A DNA stretch of 64,000 nucleotides from a virus: positions 6,167 to 70,166 of IMG/VR virus record IMGVR_UViG_3300045988_154566, one strand, 5' to 3'. A program made the position numbers and the translations under genes. This document shows positions 37,601-48,167 of the stretch, piece after piece. The notes beneath the pieces are model-generated. The model saw only the letters and a list, made by a program, of their open reading frames with translations. It had not been told where the DNA came from and did not search any database. The first letter of the stretch is position 1. Every line of letters starts with the position of its first letter.

Positions 37601-40076
37601 AACAGAAGTAAAAGATTATATTTCTCTCAATAATGATATGATTAGAACTTTAAGAGAAAGTGAAAGCCTTTTAAGTGATGTTAGTAAATATTATCAACAA
37701 CATACTGAAATTGGTGGAATTGTAACTATTGATTTTGTTACTTATAATAACTATATCAATAGAGATGTTACAAATGCATTGTTAGGTAAAACTTTGCCAG
37801 TTTCTTTTTCGACTAGAAAGATTGATTTAACAGATAGACAACTCGCTAGATTGAAAGAAAAACTTGATATTTCTGTTTATAATGTATTTGTAAATTATGT
37901 AAATATATATAATGATAAAGTAGAGGTAGTTCTTCAATATAAGAATCAGTTAATTGCAGAAGAAGGCGGTGCTAGAAAGTATGAAAGCAAAAGAGAAAAA
38001 CTCTATAATCTTTGTTCTGGAGATTCTACTAGCGCAATTACAGAAGGAATCTATCCTGTTTCCCGCATGATTTCTACTTTTGATAAGATTAAAACAACAT
38101 ATAAAAATTCCTATGATAATCTGGTCGCATTACAAAATCATTTCACAGAGATAAGTTCTTATTCTGAATACAGCGATATTTTTGAAAATATGAAAAAGAC
38201 ACTGTTAGATTATGGAAAATTATCAGATTCAGAAGAGAATATGGAAATTAAAGAAAATCTTACACTTGATTACAATAATAAATTAAGTTTATTATATACC
38301 GATAAAATAGCAGCTATCGTTCAAGCCAATGCTTACGATGTCTTAATTGGTGTTGAAATGAATAGAATTATTCATATTAAACCAATTATTATGTTGTATA
38401 ATAGATATGCTATGTCTAATATTAATGGTTGGGATGGTAATAAAATATATACAGGTGATGAAGATAGTTTCTTATTAGCTCCGCAAGTAGGCGCAGGTAA
38501 AAAAGATAGTAATAATAAATTCACAGGTATGGTTATGGGACTTAGAAATTTGAATAAGACATCTGCCGCAGAAGACACTCAGGTAGGTCTTTTCGGATAT
38601 AGCGGTGGCGCGCAATCACTTTTCTTAAATGCAGAAGATGGTTCTGCAATATTTGGTCTTCATAAAAGAGGGCAGATTATCATTGACCCATTAACATCAC
38701 AAGCCTTATTATATAGTGGTAATTTTTATAAAGAATTTGATAGAGATGGAAAACCAATCAACTATTCTTCTCAAAATAGGAATAACCAAGGAATGCAGAT
38801 TGATTTAACAACACCTAAAATTGAGTTCGGCTCTGGTAACTTTATAGTCACTCCAGAAGGACATGTAACTGCAAAAGGTGGAGGTTCAATTGCAGGTTGG
38901 AAAATTGGAAATACAACTTTAACAAGCTCTGATGAAAATATTACTTTAGATTCTGCGAATACTAAGATTTATGGTCATAATCATTCTACTCTTGACAGTA
39001 CTAATGATGGATTCTACTTAAGCCCAGATGGTATTAGTATAGGTTCTTGTTTTAGAGTAAATCAAGATACTTTATTATTAGGAAGTTTAAGAAGTGGTAG
39101 TAGACATTGGGAGTTAAAATATGACGCAGAAAATAGCTATTTAAGATATGGTACAAAAGGAAATAGTAATTCTGTTTATGTGGGAACAGATGCAATCACT
39201 TTAGGTCGAAAATTCAGTGTTAATAACGAAGGTGAATTAGCTGCGACATTAGGACACATAGGTGGCTGGGAAATTGGAGATAAGAGTTTATCTTGCGATA
39301 GTAGAAGTGCTTCTATGTATAGCGGCAGTCATACTACTTTAGATTCAACATCGAGTGGATTTTATTTAAGCTCAGATGGCTTTAGTCTTGGTAAACATTT
39401 TAAATTTAAAGAAAATGGAGAAGGAACTGTTGGTAATTTATATGTTTCTGATTCGGGTTGGTTAGCTTTAAATGTAAATGAAGATAATGAATGTGGTATA
39501 GGTACTAGCTCATCTGCATTTTATGGCGGAAGTCCAGACTCAAGTACGGCACCTTTTAGAGTTACTTATGATGGTCATTTATATTCAACTAATGCTACTA
39601 TATCTGGTGATATAACTGCATCAAGTGGAACTATTGGTGGTTGTACTATCGAAGAAGGTGTCTTAAAAGTAGATACTATAAATATTAGAACTGGTGCGGT
39701 TACTGCAAATGAAATTGCTTCACACACTATTACATCTGATGAAATAGATACTGATAGATTATATTGTAATGCTGCGAATGTTAAAGGAACTCTTACTGCA
39801 AATCAAATAGATTGTCAAGGTGTTATTGATGCTGGAACTATTAATGCAGACAATATCACAACAGGAACTCTTTCTGTAGAAAGATTAAGTGGTCCAAAGC
39901 ATACGAAGGCTATTGAATGGTATAGCTATTTTATACCTGGTTTTACGCAAAAAACAATTCAGGTTAATGAAAAACAGGCTGATGGGACATATCTTTTTCA
40001 TGATGTTACAATTGATGTAATTCAAAGTAATACTCAACATTACTTCTTAGCAGCAGTACCTGATACTGGTAATTAA
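34638..40076 (+). CDS. large tail protein (1812 aa; distal tail, fiber or tail-associated candidate) with internal C-terminal repeats
   Basis: AAAGGAGG ribosome-binding site. Repeated blocks GGGSIAGWKIGNTTLTS...HSTLDSTNDGFYLSPDGISIG and HIGGWEIGDKSLSC...HTTLDSTSSGFYLSSDGFSLG. Confidence 0.5.
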   Translation: MSNKNSQDISSALLAAFETYSKSTAASVKASVTIECTITGIVDRAAGIYTVKYQNNIFNVYSNNADYSIKDIVYVLVPENDFSKKKMIVGLIKHNTDESASSAEEDSTASQYLVIADNVLDINSKEVINLCSFHTETKDVFSSNVDSADQVLMPKYLKHYKTYALSMKVKTSLIDSQRVGGDYGITLQLPFFRYSEDNDKMINDKTLTFDIHKMLGNPYNYQVWTQQTYYFTLEENDEEFYDSRRSPIISAFVRDFNQDENVDTNDIFIKDVQFLVVQALTEIEMQGNYLKIKSDTGEYFLKNYFETKKILKPILKIKGQEKNISGYDCYWFVKDASVNATNNPDYCTKGGLGWKCLNEKTKVNTNDNGDTSYQYVTNIYSYQVKIEDVKTSLIYKCVLTKDTERISGELEIVNLNSDIKFSLYSTTGNNNFVKNIGKVSLAADLYYPGITDNENSTSNFKYYWDRYAKDGTYLDSDFLTFSDINTKENGHYITKGAYPTSKMQDSNLITCTVFEEKQRADSSIESINLGSADLAIAAVDSYEYVTYLYNATRLYNYDSDGDSPFTRYYDKDTVNLNEIEPITFKIYKANGNELTETEYLAVNIIWRIPKKSLININPVLISEEDDNYYYVRGERNLPYTIDATYNPSKSNNEITLYTTFAGVEMLNNTSFTFVKDGGNGTNGTNYSAEIIIDGYAYGQKNPTTNGVYKLCYVYFADSAKWMLYDMQNNQLIDDTALRTLDVRVFSQGKVITDDTLYTVTWSMFDDKATNPCFTFDSTKNQLVPSVAFNPSEVYCNILQAEVTVTDTSVANKNWIIYAYYPIEITYCAKESDVIYTDEKGNKRCAVPVLNGGYSEVLFASDGTNPKWDNSSNFTVVDNLYSIDSSNVYDYEWETSENLNISEYRSADLPENQKVIEPTSKFDSGISKNYIKTTLTLDSKTKEGLIKTKAEYDKEAEDYQNQITTLTTNYSTLKNVLSYFQYKPWLNVLTEVKDYISLNNDMIRTLRESESLLSDVSKYYQQHTEIGGIVTIDFVTYNNYINRDVTNALLGKTLPVSFSTRKIDLTDRQLARLKEKLDISVYNVFVNYVNIYNDKVEVVLQYKNQLIAEEGGARKYESKREKLYNLCSGDSTSAITEGIYPVSRMISTFDKIKTTYKNSYDNLVALQNHFTEISSYSEYSDIFENMKKTLLDYGKLSDSEENMEIKENLTLDYNNKLSLLYTDKIAAIVQANAYDVLIGVEMNRIIHIKPIIMLYNRYAMSNINGWDGNKIYTGDEDSFLLAPQVGAGKKDSNNKFTGMVMGLRNLNKTSAAEDTQVGLFGYSGGAQSLFLNAEDGSAIFGLHKRGQIIIDPLTSQALLYSGNFYKEFDRDGKPINYSSQNRNNQGMQIDLTTPKIEFGSGNFIVTPEGHVTAKGGGSIAGWKIGNTTLTSSDENITLDSANTKIYGHNHSTLDSTNDGFYLSPDGISIGSCFRVNQDTLLLGSLRSGSRHWELKYDAENSYLRYGTKGNSNSVYVGTDAITLGRKFSVNNEGELAATLGHIGGWEIGDKSLSCDSRSASMYSGSHTTLDSTSSGFYLSSDGFSLGKHFKFKENGEGTVGNLYVSDSGWLALNVNEDNECGIGTSSSAFYGGSPDSSTAPFRVTYDGHLYSTNATISGDITASSGTIGGCTIEEGVLKVDTINIRTGAVTANEIASHTITSDEIDTDRLYCNAANVKGTLTANQIDCQGVIDAGTINADNITTGTLSVERLSGPKHTKAIEWYSYFIPGFTQKTIQVNEKQADGTYLFHDVTIDVIQSNTQHYFLAAVPDTGN

Positions 40077-40095
40077 AAAAGGAGATAAAAGGATA

Positions 40096-40275
40096 ATGGA
40101 AAAATTAAGATTAAAATTAATAGAAGATATTAATGCAAGCGGACTTCCGCTTGAAGCAATTGTTTTTGTAGTTAGAGATGTTTATAGAGATGCTCAAGAA
40201 ACATATCAAAAATATCAACTTGCACAACAAACTCAAACTACAGAAGAAAAGAAAGAAGATATAGACCACCAGTAA
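40096..40275 (+). CDS. hypothetical 59-aa protein (below the ORF-track length cutoff)
   Basis: AAAGGAGATAAAAGGA ribosome-binding site. Sequence MEKLRLKLIEDINASGLPLEAIVFVVRDVYRDAQETYQKYQLAQQTQTTEEKKEDIDHQ. Confidence 0.4.
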   Translation: MEKLRLKLIEDINASGLPLEAIVFVVRDVYRDAQETYQKYQLAQQTQTTEEKKEDIDHQ

Positions 40276-40295
40276 TGGTGGTCTTATTTTTTTGG
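40265..40295 (+). terminator. intrinsic terminator
   Basis: Hairpin GACCACCagtaatGGTGGTC followed by TTATTTTTTT. Confidence 0.65.
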
Positions 40296-40325
40296 TCTAA
40301 AATATGTAATTTATATTTTTTAGAT
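40296..40325 (+). promoter_or_regulatory. conserved post-terminator motif GGTCTAAAATATGTAATTTAT (putative late promoter or re-initiation element)
   Basis: Near-identical motif at 48198-48225 (GGTCAAAGTTTTGTAATTTAT). TTTTTTTGGTC also follows the tape measure terminator at 34562-34572. Confidence 0.35.
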
Positions 40326-40362
40326 TTTAAATGTAATATAGGATAGGAGGTAGCTTATCTAA

Positions 40363-40815
40363 ATGTTAGCTTTATTGAAATCTTATTCTGTTGGAGAAAT
40401 TTTTATCTTCATAGTTGTGCTTGCTTTGGCGGTAAAGGAAGCTATCTCATTATATCAATATTTTGCAAAAGGAATTTCTGATAACTTTGATAAGAAGTAT
40501 AAAAAGCAGGAAACTCTTAATAGTTTAAGTGAGAAAATAAACCAATTAACAATAATGGTTAAACAACTTCAAGAAAATAATGAACAGCAAAATAAGAAAA
40601 TCGAGAACTTAATTGATTCTGATGTACAAGATATAAGAAGTTGGATTGTGCAACAACATCATGCGTGTCAACAAGGAAAACGTTTAGACTCGTTTGAAAT
40701 GGATTGTATTGAAAAAAGATATGCGTGTTATGATAAAGAAGGCGGCAATTCATACATCCATAATCTTGTAGAGGGGATTAGAAAAATGAATAATAGTCAA
40801 GAACAAGAGAAATAA
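40363..40815 (+). CDS. membrane protein with N-terminal transmembrane segment and coiled coil (holin-like or XhlA-like candidate)
   Basis: Transmembrane segment IFIFIVVLALAV. GGAGG ribosome-binding site. Confidence 0.4.
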   Translation: MLALLKSYSVGEIFIFIVVLALAVKEAISLYQYFAKGISDNFDKKYKKQETLNSLSEKINQLTIMVKQLQENNEQQNKKIENLIDSDVQDIRSWIVQQHHACQQGKRLDSFEMDCIEKRYACYDKEGGNSYIHNLVEGIRKMNNSQEQEK

Positions 40816-40831
40816 AAGGAGGCATATTTCG

Positions 40832-43411
40832 ATGGCAAGTAATACTTTATATGCACCAACATTAAGTAGTTATATGCCAGCTTTTCTTGCAAGTAGCAAT
40901 TCTTGCAGAATATATTTTTCTCTATCTAAATTTAATACCGCCGCAGATGTTAAGTCCGCTCATATTTCAGTTGTTAAACAACCGAGCGGACTTAGCGTTG
41001 TTGAAACAAATTCTGGAGCGAGAATAAATAATAGATATAGAAATACTGGTATTATAGTTAATGCGGAAGTACATGCCGCAGATAATGACTTATATTATGT
41101 TGAATTATTTGGAAATGAATTAAAAAATAATAATTATGATAAAGATTCTTCTTCAGGCATAACAGCTCTTGGTCGTGTAGGTTTTACAGCCGGATGGATT
41201 TATAAAATTCAAATTCGATTATGTGGAACGGAGAATTATACAGCTTCTTCTATTGGTTTGGCGCAATGGCTTGTTGATAATTCAAATACTTTTTCTGAAT
41301 GGTCTACAGTAACTTTAACTAAAGCTATTGATGATACTAGAATTCAGATTAATACATTAGATTTTGATTCTTCTGTTATTAATAATGTAAATGAAGATAA
41401 AAGTTTATATTTATCAACATTAGATTTAAAAGGTAAATATAGTTGTAAAGATACAACTGAATTACTTTATTCATATCAATTAAAATTATATGGAGAAGAT
41501 TATATTTCCGCGGATTCTGAGGAAGGTTTATTAGAAGATAGCGGAATTAAATATGGAAATCAGTATGAAGCAAGTCAAAATGAATTTGGACATACTTTTA
41601 AAACAGAATTAAAAGATGGACAGAATTACACATTAGTATTTTCATATATGACTACCAATAAATATGAAAAACAACTAATTATTCCTTTTGATGTTATAGT
41701 AGATGAACTACCCGAGGTTGATGCGGAAGTTTATACAATAGATAGTTTTAGTCCTTATAATCATCATAAGCCTGAAACTAAAAATTTTATGCGAGCTATT
41801 ACAGATTTAGCAACAGAAGAAGAAGAAGGTTATATTTGCTTAAAGTTACATACATCAAGTGAAAATTTATATAATGGAGTTATTTGTTTGCGCAGAGCAG
41901 ATAGTAAAGATAATTTCAAGACATGGCAAGATATTAAATTAATTTATATCAAAAATCAAAATATTAATGATATTCCTGAAGTATATGATTTTGCTATTGA
42001 AAGTGGTGTTTGGTATAAATATGGTATTCAGACATATTCAGAGTTAGGTCGTGGCATATTAAAGTCTATGTCTGTACCTGTTATAAGAAATTTTGAGCAT
42101 ATGTTTCTTTTAGGAGAGAACAATCAACAATTAAAGATTGAATTTAATCCAAAGATAAATAGTTATAAATATAACGTATCAGATGGAAAAACTGATACTA
42201 TTGGCGGCAAGTATCCATTTATTACAAGAAATGGTGCAGTTCGATATAGAACAATTCCACTTGAAGGTCTTATTTCTTTTAACATGGATGAGAACGGACA
42301 TTTTATAACAAAAAATAAAATATATGGAAAAGAGATTGCGGATTTACATAGAGCTTATGAACAAGAACATGGAATTGATTTTTATAATTATAATTATGAA
42401 AAAGATTTTCGTGAAGAAGTATTAAAGTTCTTATTAGATGGAAAACCAAAGCTTTTCAAATCTCCAACTGAAGGAAATATTATTCTGAGATTAATGGATG
42501 TTAGTTGTACACCAAATCAGCAGTTGGCAAGAATGATATATACATTTACTGCGAATGGGCATGAAATTGCGGAAAATACTTTAGAGAATTATGTAAAGTA
42601 TAATTTCTATGACCCAGGTCAATATGGAGAAGATGAAATGTCAACAGAAGTAAGACTTGGGCAATATTGCGGAACTATTAAGTTAGGAGAGAATATCCTT
42701 GCGAAAGTAAAAGAGAAATATAACTTTAAAAATGAAAGTTTAAATCTCCAAGAAGAGTTTGTTAAATTATCAAATGTAAGAATCGAAATTCAAGATGGAA
42801 AAGGTGTTACATCTAATATTCTTCAAAAACCTGGATATACTTTAGTCTATAATAATAATATACCTATTAACTTATTTGGACCAAATGAAGAATATCAATT
42901 TGACGAGATGATAGAGATTGCCGTAGATGATAATTTACATATTGTAAGTGCAGAAGAGACTAATCCAAACACTATAGTTACTGTACAAATGGATTATTTA
43001 TATACTGTTTCTATTGGCGCCTATACTGCAAAGCCAGTGAAATCAAGAATTATTAGAAGAAATATTGGACAGATATATGATGTATTTGAACCTAATACTT
43101 CTCTATATAATGAAATATATTATAAATATTATATTGACTGGGATAATCAATATAGAAAATTATATAATTTAAGTTCTATTTCTATTGAAGCAGAACCTGG
43201 AGCAACTTTTAATATCAAAACTAAAGATAACAAAGAAGCTAGTAAGTATATAATTGGCGCAAATGGGCGATTAACATTAGGAGATATTACAACTATTACT
43301 GCAATAGATTTTATTGGATATACTACTGCAGATGGTCAAGCAGAAGAAAAGGCTATGCAGATTATGCTTGACTATACTTATAGTGTAATATCTGGTGAAT
43401 ATATAGGATAG
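40832..43411 (+). CDS. baseplate or tail fiber structural protein (859 aa)
   Basis: Large beta-rich protein in the tail module. AAAGGAGG ribosome-binding site. Confidence 0.45.
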   Translation: MASNTLYAPTLSSYMPAFLASSNSCRIYFSLSKFNTAADVKSAHISVVKQPSGLSVVETNSGARINNRYRNTGIIVNAEVHAADNDLYYVELFGNELKNNNYDKDSSSGITALGRVGFTAGWIYKIQIRLCGTENYTASSIGLAQWLVDNSNTFSEWSTVTLTKAIDDTRIQINTLDFDSSVINNVNEDKSLYLSTLDLKGKYSCKDTTELLYSYQLKLYGEDYISADSEEGLLEDSGIKYGNQYEASQNEFGHTFKTELKDGQNYTLVFSYMTTNKYEKQLIIPFDVIVDELPEVDAEVYTIDSFSPYNHHKPETKNFMRAITDLATEEEEGYICLKLHTSSENLYNGVICLRRADSKDNFKTWQDIKLIYIKNQNINDIPEVYDFAIESGVWYKYGIQTYSELGRGILKSMSVPVIRNFEHMFLLGENNQQLKIEFNPKINSYKYNVSDGKTDTIGGKYPFITRNGAVRYRTIPLEGLISFNMDENGHFITKNKIYGKEIADLHRAYEQEHGIDFYNYNYEKDFREEVLKFLLDGKPKLFKSPTEGNIILRLMDVSCTPNQQLARMIYTFTANGHEIAENTLENYVKYNFYDPGQYGEDEMSTEVRLGQYCGTIKLGENILAKVKEKYNFKNESLNLQEEFVKLSNVRIEIQDGKGVTSNILQKPGYTLVYNNNIPINLFGPNEEYQFDEMIEIAVDDNLHIVSAEETNPNTIVTVQMDYLYTVSIGAYTAKPVKSRIIRRNIGQIYDVFEPNTSLYNEIYYKYYIDWDNQYRKLYNLSSISIEAEPGATFNIKTKDNKEASKYIIGANGRLTLGDITTITAIDFIGYTTADGQAEEKAMQIMLDYTYSVISGEYIG

Positions 43412-43421
43412 GAGGAATTGA

Positions 43422-45713
43422 ATGAATAGCAATGATTATTTACAAGATTATTCTTTCTTAAAAGAATTAGATAATGAAAGAATAAAAGTTTATTATGTTA
43501 AAATCATTGTTTTAACATTAGATGAACTTCCTATTAGAGCTATTGAAGGAAGAGTCGGGGCCGGCTCTTCTATATCAATAGCCGCGAATTCTGCGGTTCG
43601 TAGAACATGTAGTTTAAATTTTGTTGCAGAAGATTCTGATAATGATTTAAGAGATATTGATAACTTATTAAGTATGAATAGAAAGATTAAAATACTTATA
43701 GGTTTTGAAAATACAATTAATGATAAATATGATAAGATAGTGTGGTTTCCGCAAGGAATTTATGTTATTAATCAAATTTCTTTAACACATAGTATGACAG
43801 GAGTTAATGTTTCAATCTCTTGTAAAGATAAGATGTGTTTATTAAATGGAGAAAATGGTGGTAATTTCCCTACTTCTGTTACATTTAATCCATATGACCA
43901 GTTATATGGTTATATGAAAATTGATTATGATAGTGATGATATACCATTTCCTGCAGATTATAATGATTATACAATTTATGGATTTTATAGTACTGTTACA
44001 AAAAGTATTTCTTATTATTATCATAGTAAAGATACTGGTTTATGGACAGAGGGCGGAGAAGATTTAATCAACTCTACAGTTTCTATTGAAACAAAAATAT
44101 ATGATATTATTCAAACAGTTGTGTGTAACTATGGTGGAGAATCTATAGATAAAATTTTAATTAGCGACATTCCGCTTCGTATAAAACAGTTGTCTCATTA
44201 TGGTGGTTCTAATGTTTTATATTACAATAATAAGAACAATTATTATACTACTAATGAGAAGTATGTTGCAGAAGATACAAGGAGCAATACAGAGGAGACT
44301 TCCGCATGGCAGCAATTTTCTTTTAATGAAGATGTTGGATATGAATATGTTGATTTTGTTTATCCTAAAGAGCTTACTGGCGGAATGGGGGATAATGTTT
44401 GTACTATCTTAGACACTATTGTTTCCACGCTAGGCAATTATGAATACTTTTATGATATAGATGGAAATTTTGTTTTTCAAGAGAAAAAGAATTATCTTAA
44501 TAATTCTTATACTCCTGATAATTATTATAGATTAGATAATGGAAAGCCAATGGCTTTAAATAGTTTAAATAATATGGTTGTATTAGATAATACTAATTAT
44601 CAAGTTGATTTTACTGGAAACACTGAATCTGTATATACCTTTAACGAAGGTAATGGGCTAATATCATCTTATTCAAATAATCCTTCTTATACAAATATTA
44701 AGAATGATTATCATATTTGGGGTAAAGATGATAATTCTAATGCTATTCATTATCATTTAGTTATAAAAGAAAAGCCTAAAATAGAAAATGAATATAAAGT
44801 TATTTTCTTAAAAAATATAGATGGTCAGTATAATGGTAAAATTAGATTAGCTTTACCTAATGAAATAAATGCTATGCTAGAATATAATGAGAATCAAAAG
44901 TCTCTTGATATGAGCGGCAATGCTTCATTTAAGTATGATGAAAAAAGTGGTACTTATATCATTGATACTAATTATTATGGTCAAGTAGATAAATCTGCAT
45001 TGCAAATTGATGGTAATACAATTTATAATTATATTCCGGATGATTGGCGTGCAGAGATATACTTACAAGGTTTAACAAAGTTACAAGCTTCTCAGAGACC
45101 AGATATTTATGAACAAGAATTATTAGATAATTTTAATTCTATTTATGAGTTTTGTTATTATAATGAAGATAATGAATTCATTCCGCATGGTCGTTTTAAA
45201 GAAGATGTATTTAAGCCAAATAATTTAAAATATTATATTGACTATTTAGAACCCGTTGATAGTATGTATGATTTCTCTGTTGATGCTATCAATAGTAAGA
45301 TATATACTTATCAGCAAGATAGTATTAAGAAAATTTATGATAGAGATGTTCCAAATGTTATTTTAATAGATATCAACGATGAACAAAGAGATTCTCTTAT
45401 AAAAGAATGTGAATTAGCGGGACAGACTTATTCAAATATTGATTCCGCATTGTTTAAGAATATTATTCCAACGACAGTAGGATATTCTGCTGCGGAAATA
45501 GCTAGACAAGCGCTATATCAATATATTACTTATAATGAGTCAATTTCACTTCAAAGTAGACCTATTTATTATTTAGATGTAAATAGAAGAATTACAGTAG
45601 AAGATAAAGCATCAAAGATATCAGGAGATTATATTATATCATCTATCTCAATGCCATTAGATGCGTCTGGCAGTATGTCTATAACAGCCACTCGCGCAGC
45701 AGATAGGTTATAA
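43422..45713 (+). CDS. baseplate or tail-associated structural protein (763 aa)
   Basis: GGAGG ribosome-binding site, tail module. Confidence 0.45.
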   Translation: MNSNDYLQDYSFLKELDNERIKVYYVKIIVLTLDELPIRAIEGRVGAGSSISIAANSAVRRTCSLNFVAEDSDNDLRDIDNLLSMNRKIKILIGFENTINDKYDKIVWFPQGIYVINQISLTHSMTGVNVSISCKDKMCLLNGENGGNFPTSVTFNPYDQLYGYMKIDYDSDDIPFPADYNDYTIYGFYSTVTKSISYYYHSKDTGLWTEGGEDLINSTVSIETKIYDIIQTVVCNYGGESIDKILISDIPLRIKQLSHYGGSNVLYYNNKNNYYTTNEKYVAEDTRSNTEETSAWQQFSFNEDVGYEYVDFVYPKELTGGMGDNVCTILDTIVSTLGNYEYFYDIDGNFVFQEKKNYLNNSYTPDNYYRLDNGKPMALNSLNNMVVLDNTNYQVDFTGNTESVYTFNEGNGLISSYSNNPSYTNIKNDYHIWGKDDNSNAIHYHLVIKEKPKIENEYKVIFLKNIDGQYNGKIRLALPNEINAMLEYNENQKSLDMSGNASFKYDEKSGTYIIDTNYYGQVDKSALQIDGNTIYNYIPDDWRAEIYLQGLTKLQASQRPDIYEQELLDNFNSIYEFCYYNEDNEFIPHGRFKEDVFKPNNLKYYIDYLEPVDSMYDFSVDAINSKIYTYQQDSIKKIYDRDVPNVILIDINDEQRDSLIKECELAGQTYSNIDSALFKNIIPTTVGYSAAEIARQALYQYITYNESISLQSRPIYYLDVNRRITVEDKASKISGDYIISSISMPLDASGSMSITATRAADRL

Positions 45714-45730
45714 TATTAGAAAGGAGAATA

Positions 45731-46480
45731 ATGAATTATAGTATTGGGCAATACAATAATATAAATGAATCTTTACAGATTATGAGTCCTGTGAATCAAA
45801 GCGGCGACCCATATGAAGTAGAGACTGTAATTGAAGATACTGGTATTGTTTTTAAAGACCCCGCAGTTAAATTAAGTGGGTCTTTATCTAGTAATAACAA
45901 TTATTTTTTACATTGTAAAATAAAACGACTTAGTACAGAACAAACCTTTTATATTAAGTTAAGAACCGCGGATGATGCAGAAACAAAAGAACAAAATATT
46001 AAGATTGTAACTGTAAAACAAGGTGCGGGATGGTTTGACCTTCAAATAGTTTTTAATCCAATTATAAATTCTTTTAATGAAATTTTATTTAATTTAACAA
46101 GAAGTACAATTGATTATACTAGTACTCCAAGAAAACCAATTATTATTTTTGAAGAATTATCTGAATTACAAAATTTATTAGGCGGAAGTGCAATTCCCGC
46201 AAGTGTAGTTTTAAAATTAGGAGTTCAAGCAGGACCAGGTCTTAATATGTGTATTAATGGAGAAGGTGTTATGGTTGGTAATAGTGGAAAATATGAAGTT
46301 AATAATGGAAAAGTTTATGTAACTTTTCTTTCTATTGTTACAACCGCAACAGATACAGATATAGAAGATAAGCAAGCTGAAAATAAAACAATCTGTTTAT
46401 TTAACAGAGTGGATGGAGATAATAGAGTACGAAAAGTACGACCATTTACTATTGATTATATTTATGAGGAAGGAGAATAA
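45731..46480 (+). CDS. baseplate or tail structural protein (249 aa)
   Basis: AAGGAG ribosome-binding site. Confidence 0.4.
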   Translation: MNYSIGQYNNINESLQIMSPVNQSGDPYEVETVIEDTGIVFKDPAVKLSGSLSSNNNYFLHCKIKRLSTEQTFYIKLRTADDAETKEQNIKIVTVKQGAGWFDLQIVFNPIINSFNEILFNLTRSTIDYTSTPRKPIIIFEELSELQNLLGGSAIPASVVLKLGVQAGPGLNMCINGEGVMVGNSGKYEVNNGKVYVTFLSIVTTATDTDIEDKQAENKTICLFNRVDGDNRVRKVRPFTIDYIYEEGE

Positions 46481-46483
46481 TAA

Positions 46484-48163
46484 ATGGAAAGCTTTTATGG
46501 CGGAAGACAAGGTAAATCATTTATTCTAGTTGACCATTTTGACACAATTGCGGATATGGAAAAATGCTTTGCCGCAGGTGGTAGTACAACAGATAGAGTG
46601 AATTATGGCGAATATGTTATTATTGATACTATCATAAATAGACATGATAAACAAGATTTGAACAATGGCAAAGTCTATATGCGTAAGATAGATAATACTG
46701 CAGAATATATAGGTCAAATTGTAGGACCACAAGGTAATTGTCCTATTGTTGATTTTCAAGAATTTAATGACCCTAACCATTATTTAACTGATGGTACACA
46801 GATTTCTACTATTTCTAATACAGGACTCGTACCAGGTAAAGATAGCGCGGGTAATTATAATGATAGTGTAACTACTAAATGGGGAATCATGAGAGACAAA
46901 TATAATAATGTAATAGGCTGTTATATTGGTTTAAAGTTTCCTTATTTAGTTGAAGATTATACTGCAACAAGCGTTTCTGCATATGTAGATGCATCTATTG
47001 ATAAAATAGAAGATGAGCATCCATTTTATAAGAAATGGAGAATTAATGTTCCAAAAGGTATTAAAGGTGATGCTGTTACTGGAGTTGAAACAGTAACAAA
47101 TAGCGAAAGACAATATTATAGATTTACAATTACTAACTATGATAATTCAGCTCCAACAACAAGAACTGTTGATTTTGATTATAATATTATCAGTGGTATT
47201 ACCGTTGCGGATAATGGTACTTTAACAATATCATTAACTTGCCATGATGACATTATATTTAGCAATAGATTAAGATGGATTGACCAAATGGTGTTAAGCG
47301 ATACTGGTATTTTAAGTGTTAAATATAATAATATTGATAGCTCAACTAATATTAATCAAGATAATCCAATTAGATGGGTTAATAACATGAATATTGCGGC
47401 AGATGGTAAAGTATCTACAACATATAACACTTCAACAACGCCGGTTATTATTAATAATGGCAATCCTATTAAATGGATTGAGTCTATATCATTTGCACAA
47501 AATGGTAAAGTTAGTGTAAAATATAATACACAAGAAACTGCTACAATAGTAAATAGTGAAAATCCTATTTTATGGATTGCCGCAATGTCGATTGATGATG
47601 AAGGTCATGTCGTTGCTACCATGAATGATAATAGTGAAAAGAAATCAACTGGTCATTTAAAGTGGTTTGATAATGTCACACTCGCGGCAGATGGTACACT
47701 TACTTTTGTTTATCATAATTCAGAAGATGGAAACGTTATTTTTAGTAAAGCTATTAAATGGATTAGTGGTATTAAAGTTAATACAGGAGATAGTGAAGGC
47801 GAAGGAAATCAAAAGCTTAATATAAGTTATAATAATGGAACTAATGAAGATATTGGTAATCCTATTAACTATATTATGGAAGCTATTGTCTCTCAACCAA
47901 ATGTTGAAAATTCAACAGCAGAACCTTACCATTTATTGATTTTATATGCGGACCCTGCATATCGTGCAGCTTTAGTCTCACCAGTTAGTTATCCGAGTCA
48001 GAAATTTAATACTTTAAGAACAGATTGGTTTGATGCGGGTATGATTCGTGGAGAAAAAGGTGAAGTGACTGGAATAGTTCCAAGTCAGATTATTAGTACA
48101 TCTGCAGATAGCTTAGTAGAGAATGGTATCTTATTAAATACAGTAACAATAAAACATGCTTAG
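46484..48163 (+). CDS. tail fiber or baseplate protein (559 aa) with internal (I/V)(K/R)W(I/V) repeats
   Basis: Repeated RWIDQM, IRWVNNM, IKWIESI, ILWIAAM, LKWFDNV, IKWISGI motifs about every 30-40 aa. Confidence 0.45.
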   Translation: MESFYGGRQGKSFILVDHFDTIADMEKCFAAGGSTTDRVNYGEYVIIDTIINRHDKQDLNNGKVYMRKIDNTAEYIGQIVGPQGNCPIVDFQEFNDPNHYLTDGTQISTISNTGLVPGKDSAGNYNDSVTTKWGIMRDKYNNVIGCYIGLKFPYLVEDYTATSVSAYVDASIDKIEDEHPFYKKWRINVPKGIKGDAVTGVETVTNSERQYYRFTITNYDNSAPTTRTVDFDYNIISGITVADNGTLTISLTCHDDIIFSNRLRWIDQMVLSDTGILSVKYNNIDSSTNINQDNPIRWVNNMNIAADGKVSTTYNTSTTPVIINNGNPIKWIESISFAQNGKVSVKYNTQETATIVNSENPILWIAAMSIDDEGHVVATMNDNSEKKSTGHLKWFDNVTLAADGTLTFVYHNSEDGNVIFSKAIKWISGIKVNTGDSEGEGNQKLNISYNNGTNEDIGNPINYIMEAIVSQPNVENSTAEPYHLLILYADPAYRAALVSPVSYPSQKFNTLRTDWFDAGMIRGEKGEVTGIVPSQIISTSADSLVENGILLNTVTIKHA

Positions 48164-48167
48164 TATA

